From a virus (Duplodnaviria > Caudoviricetes), in IMG/VR virus record IMGVR_UViG_3300016652_000227, positions 1 to 27,915 of that record: DNA of 27,915 bases; one strand, 5' to 3'. How positions within the stretch are numbered: the first letter of the stretch is position 1; each line of letters opens with the position of its first letter. The notes beneath the pieces were generated by a model. It searched no databases. It was not told the DNA's origin and saw only the letters and a program-made list of their open reading frames with translations. Position numbers and translations under genes: made by a program. Shown piece by piece: positions 16,574 to 22,319 of the stretch.

Positions 16574-16881
16574 GAGTGGTTTGGGATTTTATAGTTAAAT
16601 GTTTTGATATGTTTGCTAGTTTTGTCAGAAGATCCTATGAGGCTAATCCTCATAGGTTCTTTCTGTTCATTGTCCAGTTTGGGCATACGGCAATTATGAT
16701 AAACCTGTTATGGAAGGCTTATGACAGAAATGAGATGGAGTTTGTGGTGTTACTTGGTTACTTTGTCATTCACTTAATCATTTATGCCTTCTTGGTTATG
16801 GCGATTGAGGATATTAGAAAATTATATAGTTTAGTTCTCGAACTTGCAAAAATGCTTCGAGAAAAAGAAAGTGAGAAATAA
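16570..16881 (+). CDS. Membrane protein (2 TM)
   Basis: Two hydrophobic segments; ATGA coupling. Confidence 0.65.
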   Translation: MRVVWDFIVKCFDMFASFVRRSYEANPHRFFLFIVQFGHTAIMINLLWKAYDRNEMEFVVLLGYFVIHLIIYAFLVMAIEDIRKLYSLVLELAKMLREKESEK

Positions 16882-17355
16882 ATGAGAGAAATTAAGTTTA
16901 GGGCTTGGGATAAAAAATATGAAGTTATGCGACCTGTTATAGAGTATTTTAGACCTTATAAATATATACCTGTTACAACAGAAGCAGGGTATCAGTCTAT
17001 TCGTTCAGAAGTAGGAGATGAGGTATTTTGGGGATTTGGTACTCCAGAAGCAGGAGAAGAAGGTTATATCATTATGCAATACACAGGGCTAAAAGACGCT
17101 AATGGTAAAGAGATTTATGAAAATGATGTAGTTAAATATGTTGCTGGAGAAAATTACCAAAACACAGGTGTAGTTATTTGGGTAGATGAAAAAAATTCAT
17201 TTAACTTAAAAACCTACCCTTTTATGTGTGGGTTTGTAATTCATAATGAACAAGAAAACAAAACAGATAAGTTTGAATGGGACGAAACAAATTATATGGA
17301 AGTAATTGGCAACATTTACGAGAACCCGGAATTACTTGAAAGGGAAAACAAATGA
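16882..17355 (+). CDS. YopX-family protein
   Basis: MREIKFRAWDK...MQYTGLKDANGKEIYENDVV...EVIGNIYENPELLE. Confidence 0.92.
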   Translation: MREIKFRAWDKKYEVMRPVIEYFRPYKYIPVTTEAGYQSIRSEVGDEVFWGFGTPEAGEEGYIIMQYTGLKDANGKEIYENDVVKYVAGENYQNTGVVIWVDEKNSFNLKTYPFMCGFVIHNEQENKTDKFEWDETNYMEVIGNIYENPELLERENK

Positions 17356-17540
17356 GAAAAATTGTATTTTGGATTGCAATTATTTGGATTGTGTTTCAAA
17401 TAGTCAACAAATCTATTGAAAGAGATAAATATATTGAAATATCACCAATAGAGAAATTATGTCCAAAGTATGAGAATGAACAAACAAGATATATGCCAGC
17501 AAAATGTATAGAATACTTTAGTGGAAGGGAAAATAAATAA
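17352..17540 (+). CDS. Small protein with N-terminal TM/signal anchor
   Basis: MRKIVFWIAIIWIVFQIV; translationally coupled. Confidence 0.6.
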   Translation: MRKIVFWIAIIWIVFQIVNKSIERDKYIEISPIEKLCPKYENEQTRYMPAKCIEYFSGRENK

Positions 17541-17851
17541 TGGAATATATTTTACTTGTAGCAATAATCTTTTTGGTATGGAGGGTTTTATCTTTATCAA
17601 AAGAAGTAAGTAACTTAAAAATTCAAAAAGGTGTAGAAGATAGATTTGTTAAAGCTAATATAGATACTTTGTATAAAAGAACAGAAAGAAATAATTCCAT
17701 ACCTAGTTACATAGATTTACCAACTAAACGTCCATTTCATAGTTTACCTTCAATAAGTTTGTATTCCCAAGAACAATTGGAACAAATGGAAAAAGAGTAT
17801 GACAAAAAATGGGAAAAGTTTTTGGACGACAAAGAAAGATTGAATAAATGA
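17540..17851 (+). CDS. Protein with N-terminal TM anchor
   Basis: MEYILLVAIIFLVWRVL; TAATG coupling. Confidence 0.65.
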   Translation: MEYILLVAIIFLVWRVLSLSKEVSNLKIQKGVEDRFVKANIDTLYKRTERNNSIPSYIDLPTKRPFHSLPSISLYSQEQLEQMEKEYDKKWEKFLDDKERLNK

Positions 17852-17985
17852 GTGAGGTATTTAATATAGCGTTTACAGTTTTTACTCTTTTCACTGGTAT
17901 TTCTATAGGTGTTATTGCGTTCTTAATTACTGTTTTGATTATTTATAAAGGTATAGATTACATTTTAGAAAGGTTAATCAAATGA
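17848..17985 (+). CDS. Small membrane protein (45 aa; not in ORF track)
   Basis: ATGA overlaps at both ends; MSEVFNIAFTVFTLFTGISIGVIAFLITVLIIYKGIDYILERLIK. Confidence 0.7.
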   Translation: MSEVFNIAFTVFTLFTGISIGVIAFLITVLIIYKGIDYILERLIK

Positions 17986-18380
17986 GGGAAATTAAATTTA
18001 GGGTTTGGAATAAGGATTATAAAGTTATGGGGTATGACCCTATAATTAAAGATGGGAAGTATTTTGAAATCATTGGTAATGATATTTGGGGAACTTCTGA
18101 TGATTATATCTTAATGCAGTACACGGGAATAAAAGATGCTAATGGAAAAGAGATTTATGAAGGGGATATTGTAAAAGAAACAAAAGTTTATGATTACTCT
18201 GATGATATAGATGTAAATATCTACCAGATTATTTGGAATGAAAATATAACAGGATTTACAGCTGAAGGTAAAAATGGCTCAAATACAATACATCAAAACA
18301 ACATGGGTGTTTGTGAAGTCATTGGAAACATTTATGAAAATAGTAATTTGTTAGAAAGTGAGAATGATAATGGAGAATAA
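17982..18380 (+). CDS. YopX-family protein (second paralog)
   Basis: MREIKFRVWNK...MQYTGIKDANGKEIYEGDIV...EVIGNIYENSNLLE. Confidence 0.92.
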   Translation: MREIKFRVWNKDYKVMGYDPIIKDGKYFEIIGNDIWGTSDDYILMQYTGIKDANGKEIYEGDIVKETKVYDYSDDIDVNIYQIIWNENITGFTAEGKNGSNTIHQNNMGVCEVIGNIYENSNLLESENDNGE

Positions 18381-18792
18381 ATTCGGCGAATATTCGCTTG
18401 TTGTAAAAGTTGGGGCTGGTTTGATTGTCTTTTTCATATTTGTCGGTCTTCTTGCCAACAGAAATCAAAGTGTCAGTCAAAAACCTGCTGAAAAAGTGGT
18501 TTGTGAGACACAGGTAAGTCTTGATGAACACGAAAGAGTTATCAAAGAGTTTGAAAACTACAAAGCATCAACGAACAAACTAATTGATGTTGACAACAGA
18601 GCTTTCGCTATAGCGGCCGAAATGGTTTCAATTTTAGGAGATTCCGTTGACTACGCCTATTTCAATGATGGCGATGGTATGGATAAATCTGCAAAAAGAC
18701 TTTCAGAAGAAACAAAGAAAATGGAGAAAATAAAAGTTGAGAGAGATGCAGTATTAAAAGAAGTTCAAGTTAATGTAAGTGAGGTAAATTAA
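18370..18792 (+). CDS. Membrane-anchored coiled-coil protein
   Basis: TM segment VGAGLIVFFIFVGLLA followed by a helical domain. Confidence 0.65.
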   Translation: MENKFGEYSLVVKVGAGLIVFFIFVGLLANRNQSVSQKPAEKVVCETQVSLDEHERVIKEFENYKASTNKLIDVDNRAFAIAAEMVSILGDSVDYAYFNDGDGMDKSAKRLSEETKKMEKIKVERDAVLKEVQVNVSEVN

Positions 18793-19029
18793 ATGATGAT
18801 ACATGAGACTCTGATCGCAACTTTCGGCCGTGAAAAAACTGAAAATATATATAATTCTAGTTATTTGTCTGAAGAAAGTGTACTGAAAAACAAAACTGTG
18901 TTTGATAAAGAAGCATTTTTCAAGGCTCTTGGTATGACCGAAAGTCAATTTAAAAACCGGTATCAAAACGATTCTATATATCTTCAGATCGTATTTTCCC
19001 TTTTAGAAAGGAAGAAAAATGAACGATAA
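18793..19029 (+). CDS. Small hypothetical protein (possible HTH)
   Basis: GAGGT SD; KEAFFKALGMTESQFKNR resembles a helix-turn-helix. Confidence 0.6.
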   Translation: MMIHETLIATFGREKTENIYNSSYLSEESVLKNKTVFDKEAFFKALGMTESQFKNRYQNDSIYLQIVFSLLERKKNER

Positions 19030-19294
19030 AATTTCACTTTTACCGACCCAAAAATACAAAGAATTTTTAACCGATAGATTTCCGACCGAAAGAACCTATA
19101 AAATGATGGTAACCAGAGATAAAAGGTATGCAATTTTCCTTCTTCAAAGGGATGATCATATGCTTTTACGATTTGATGGTCCGAATATGGAAACACTTGA
19201 TGAAATACGCATGAAAGACATGCCTGACTTCTTATCCCGGGGGTCTCGTATTGTTGATGCCTTTTTACAGTTCTACGGAATTGTTTTAGTGTAA
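19019..19294 (+). CDS. Hypothetical protein
   Basis: GAAAGGA SD; 91 aa. Confidence 0.65.
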   Translation: MNDKISLLPTQKYKEFLTDRFPTERTYKMMVTRDKRYAIFLLQRDDHMLLRFDGPNMETLDEIRMKDMPDFLSRGSRIVDAFLQFYGIVLV

Positions 19295-19296
19295 GT

Positions 19297-19431
19297 GATT
19301 ATCAGACAAGTCCAGACCAAATTCAATAGTTGAAGTTGGTCTGGAATCTGATAGTTTTATATAAACCAGGTGGCCTTATCACCAGGTTAATTTGTTGAAT
19401 GCTAACTGCTTAATCACATTCAACAGGTTAA
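19297..19431. ncRNA. Putative structured RNA (three consecutive hairpins) upstream of replication initiator
   Basis: TATCAGA/TCCAGACCAA/TTCAA...TTGAA/TTGGTCTGGA/TCTGATA; AACCAGGTGG...TCACCAGGTT; TTAATTTGTTGAATG...CATTCAACAGGTTAA. Confidence 0.5.
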
Positions 19432-19465
19432 TTATATCATTGATTAGGCAAGAATAGGGGTTCGC

Positions 19466-20107
19466 TTGTCCATAAATGCTGATCCACAGAACAAGAAAAG
19501 TTCTGATTTATATATCCCGGAGCATATCCGTTATGATCCTAATTTATCCTTTTTCCAAAAATTCCTTCTAGCAGAAATAATTGCCTTATCCAAACAAACA
19601 GGTCAATGTTGGGCTACAAACAAGCATTTTGCAGAAACTTACAATGTTTCGGTAATCTATGTCAGAAAAAGCATCCAAAACCTTATTACAAAAGGTTATA
19701 TAACCTCAAAACTAAACAACGCAAATGGTGGTGAAAGATTTCTTACCTACATAACAAAAGTATCAGGGGGTGGATACAATAGTATCAGGGGGGGAGATAC
19801 AAAAGTATCAGGGGGGGAGATACAAAAGTATCAGGGGGGGAGATACTATAGTACCCTCCCCCCTACCGCCGAAAGCACTGATACATCAATGAGAAATGGC
19901 AGAAATTCTATGCCGAATAATAAATATAATAATAAAGTTAATAATATATTTAATAAGAAGAACAATTTTTTTAAAAAAAATGTGGATAACTTTAAACAAC
20001 AAAAACCGGAGTTAGAAATTTTAAATGAGACAAAATCTTACTTGGAGATCATGAATGAACACTTCAAAAAAGTGGAAGCTCAAAGGCGGAAGAAAAGACC
20101 CGGCTAG
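19466..20107 (+). CDS. Phage replication initiator, N-terminal winged HTH (HTH_36-like); start uncertain (TTG)
   Basis: IPEHIRYDPNLS...KFLLAEIIALS...CWATNKHFAETYNVS...VRKSIQNLITKGYI; contains iterons like lambda O. Confidence 0.85.
   Translation: MSINADPQNKKSSDLYIPEHIRYDPNLSFFQKFLLAEIIALSKQTGQCWATNKHFAETYNVSVIYVRKSIQNLITKGYITSKLNNANGGERFLTYITKVSGGGYNSIRGGDTKVSGGEIQKYQGGRYYSTLPPTAESTDTSMRNGRNSMPNNKYNNKVNNIFNKKNNFFKKNVDNFKQQKPELEILNETKSYLEIMNEHFKKVEAQRRKKRPG
19754..19863 (+). repeat. Origin iterons: four ~23-bp tandem repeats plus an inverted partial copy
   Basis: ACAAAAGTATCAGGGGGGGAGAT x4 (minor variants) creating GATAC-N4-GTATC palindromes, ending in GATACTATAGTACCCTCCCCCC. Confidence 0.9.
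19981..19989 (-). promoter_or_regulatory. Consensus DnaA box (TTATCCACA) beside the AT-rich tract of the origin
   Basis: TGTGGATAA on the + strand, right after the AT-rich run 19916-19980. Confidence 0.6.
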
Positions 20108-20362
20108 TAGGCTTAAAAATATACCCTAGAAGTTTGTTTAGATGTAAAAACGATACATTACTCATTTCGGTATTTTCTACATCTCAAAATCGATTTTAAA
20201 GCGTGGTATCCGTTGGGGTTTTATGGTATAATTTACCTGGGTACAAAACGGACATGATTACGGGCAGGGTCATCTTTTTTTTGTACCCTATAAAATAAAT
20301 TTTGAAATGTGGAAAAATAACCTGGAGTACAAAATTTTAATAGGGGTATTTAAACCGATAGT

Positions 20363-20503
20363 ATGAGTTTAAAAGACAAAATTTTATCTCTTCTTTGGAA
20401 GAAAAAAGGTCCTGGTAGACCAAAAAAATCGTATAATCTTTTTAATGAAAATCTCGAAAGTGTGGCGAGAAAAATTAAACGAAAAAGACGAAAAAGAGTA
20501 TAA
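20363..20503 (+). CDS. Small basic protein with AT-hook-like motif (46 aa; not in ORF track)
   Basis: MSLKDKILSLLWKKKGPGRPKKSYNLFNENLESVARKIKRKRRKRV. Confidence 0.45.
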   Translation: MSLKDKILSLLWKKKGPGRPKKSYNLFNENLESVARKIKRKRRKRV

Positions 20504-20846
20504 TTTTGAATATACCGGTGACATCACCCTTCGAGTTGATGGGTATGAGATAGCAAAAGACTGGATTGATCCTGAATTTTATGACCAGATACACGAAACA
20601 CTTACATTAGCCCTCACTGACTCCATCCGTACAAACAAAAATCCACTATTTGAATACAAAGAAAAGACAACCAAAGAAGAAAGATATATTTTAAGCGTTG
20701 TGTCTCAGTATTCATACCTAAATCTTGATCCGGAACATTTAATTTTGAGATGTATGAAAAAGACAAAACTCTCTAAAGAAGAAGTGGTGCGAGTAATAAC
20801 AGAAAGAAAGCCGGAGTTTGCAACTCTTATCGGCCTTCTTCCTTAA
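20445..20846 (+). CDS. Hypothetical protein
   Basis: 133 aa; TATAAT 7 nt before the ATG. Confidence 0.6.
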   Translation: MKISKVWREKLNEKDEKEYNFEYTGDITLRVDGYEIAKDWIDPEFYDQIHETLTLALTDSIRTNKNPLFEYKEKTTKEERYILSVVSQYSYLNLDPEHLILRCMKKTKLSKEEVVRVITERKPEFATLIGLLP

Positions 20847-21024
20847 GCGTTAACTTTTTATTGATTCTTTTCAAGATTTCCCAGATTGTTTTCAGATTCA
20901 CTTGATACTTCTTTCCAAGATTCCGAATAGACATTCCCTTTTGCCTGTCCGAGAGTATCGCAAGATTGCGTTCTCTTTTTTCGTTTGGCCGGATAATTTC
21001 TATTTGTGTCTGTGTTTGATTCAT
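20827..21024 (-). CDS. Small HTH DNA-binding protein (Mor/homeodomain-like)
   Basis: RERNLAILSDRQKGMSIRNLGKKYQVNLKTIWEILKR. Confidence 0.75.
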   Translation of the reverse strand: MNQTQTQIEIIRPNEKRERNLAILSDRQKGMSIRNLGKKYQVNLKTIWEILKRINKKLTLKEEGR

Positions 21025-21211
21025 GTTTTTTTTCTTCTTCCCAGTCGGAGATAATTGATTCGATGAAAATGTGATATTTGTCATCTAGATACAAAGGCAA
21101 TACAAGTCTTTGATCTTCTGGGTGCATATATTTTACCTCATTATACATTTTTTGTTTTTCATCTAGTGTCTCAAAGAAATCTTTTATGGCTTTTTTGTCG
21201 GTTTGGTTCAT
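20858..21211 (-). CDS. Hypothetical protein
   Basis: GAAAGG SD before ATG 21211 (MNQTDKKAIK...); the C-terminal part overlaps the HTH gene. Confidence 0.6.
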   Translation of the reverse strand: MNQTDKKAIKDFFETLDEKQKMYNEVKYMHPEDQRLVLPLYLDDKYHIFIESIISDWEEEKKHESNTDTNRNYPAKRKKRTQSCDTLGQAKGNVYSESWKEVSSESENNLGNLEKNQ

Positions 21212-21462
21212 TTTGTGCCTTTCATAATGAATGTATATACATACTTGCCACAAGATGAATTTCCAAACATTTCAAATTCATCAATTAGCACAAGAGCTAT
21301 ATCTTTGATGTTTTTCTTGATTAGATTGTAATCGTACTCTGACACTTCGACCTTGAACTCTTCTTTTTGGCGAATCATTTCGTAGTCGTCGTGACACATA
21401 GTATCAAGTAACTGAACTAAGTACTGGGTTTTGAACTTTTGATCCTGGACTGTTTGTTTCAT
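21208..21462 (-). CDS. Hypothetical protein
   Basis: GAAAGGAC SD; ATGA coupling to the next minus-strand gene. Confidence 0.7.
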   Translation of the reverse strand: MKQTVQDQKFKTQYLVQLLDTMCHDDYEMIRQKEEFKVEVSEYDYNLIKKNIKDIALVLIDEFEMFGNSSCGKYVYTFIMKGTK

Positions 21463-21480
21463 GGCAGGAGTCCTTTCAAA

Positions 21481-21828
21481 CTATTTACTACTTTTCTTTA
21501 GAAGTTTTTTCAAATCTTCATCAGCATATTTCTTTTTCTCAAGTTTCAAGCCTTCTGCAAGTCTTTGGTAGTTGTACAAGTAGATATCATAATCTCTTGT
21601 CATCTTGAAAATATGAAAACAAGCAATAGAAACTAAAACATAAAATGGGAGTATCACAAAGAAAGTTATGTTAGTTTCAAGTGATGCGTCTGCATCATAT
21701 TGATTATATGGTGCAAAGAAAAGATTGAAGAATACAGCTATTGCAGTAAAAAGAAACAAAACGGAATTTAATGCAGATAGAAATGAAGTTATCATCAAAA
21801 ATGCTCTATCTCTTTTTCGGTATATCAT
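21481..21828 (-). CDS. Two-TM membrane protein (first gene of leftward early operon)
   Basis: GAAAGG SD; two long hydrophobic segments. Confidence 0.7.
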   Translation of the reverse strand: MIYRKRDRAFLMITSFLSALNSVLFLFTAIAVFFNLFFAPYNQYDADASLETNITFFVILPFYVLVSIACFHIFKMTRDYDIYLYNYQRLAEGLKLEKKKYADEDLKKLLKKSSK

Positions 21829-21872
21829 ATTTAAACCTTTCTGGACCGGAACTATTAACTACTATTAGAATT

Positions 21873-21901
21873 ATTGTGGCATCTGTTGGGGGGTATGTCA
21901 A
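21873..21901 (-). promoter_or_regulatory. Leftward early promoter TTGACA-17-(TGC)CACAAT
   Basis: Reverse complement reads TTGACATACCCCCCAACAGATGCCACAAT; twin of 15725-15753. Confidence 0.72.
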
Positions 21902-21929
21902 GAGTTTGTTTTTCTTGTATAATTTATGT

Positions 21930-22319
21930 ATGAGTGAAGTAAATAATGACAACACAGAAATTGTTCCACAAATCGAAAACAAAAAAAAGAGAGGTTTTGC
22001 AGCACACCCAGAAAACATAAACAGGAAAGGAACACCAAAGCGTGAAGATCAGTGGTTTACCCTTTTCAAACTAAGAGGTGAAGAACTTGACCCTAAAACT
22101 AAAAGACCATCAAGAGTTGAACTTGTTAATATGGTTTATGTTGAGGCTCTAAAAGGCAACTTAAAAGCCGCACAGATAATTTTTGATAGAACAGAGGGAA
22201 GACCAATGCAACAAACTGATTTAACAACAAATGGCAAAGATATTCCAGCCGGTGCATTAGTGACATTCATACAAGAAGCAAGAAATGCAGAATCAAAAGT
22301 TAATTCAGATTCCAATTGA
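21930..22319 (+). CDS. Terminase small subunit-like protein (DUF5681-like)
   Basis: GFAAHPENINRKGTPK...EALKGNLKAAQIIFDRTEGRPMQQTDLTTNGKDI. Directly upstream of TerL; start at ATG 21930 after TTGTATAAT. Confidence 0.75.
   Translation: MSEVNNDNTEIVPQIENKKKRGFAAHPENINRKGTPKREDQWFTLFKLRGEELDPKTKRPSRVELVNMVYVEALKGNLKAAQIIFDRTEGRPMQQTDLTTNGKDIPAGALVTFIQEARNAESKVNSDSN

Noticed and set aside
16882-18380. Diversity-generating retroelement template/variable repeat pair
   Set aside because: Differences between the YopX copies are not adenine-specific, and no reverse transcriptase is in the window.
19754-19863. Tandem repeats as a CRISPR array
   Set aside because: Repeats are contiguous with no unique spacers and lie inside a rep gene; they fit iterons.
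19295-20444. tRNA genes in the intergenic gaps
   Set aside because: No cloverleaf or TTCRA T-loop in a proper context was seen.
21771-21929. N-terminal extension of the terminase small subunit in the ORF track
   Set aside because: Overlaps the minus-strand gene and divergent promoters; ATG 21930 fits the recurrent promoter spacing.
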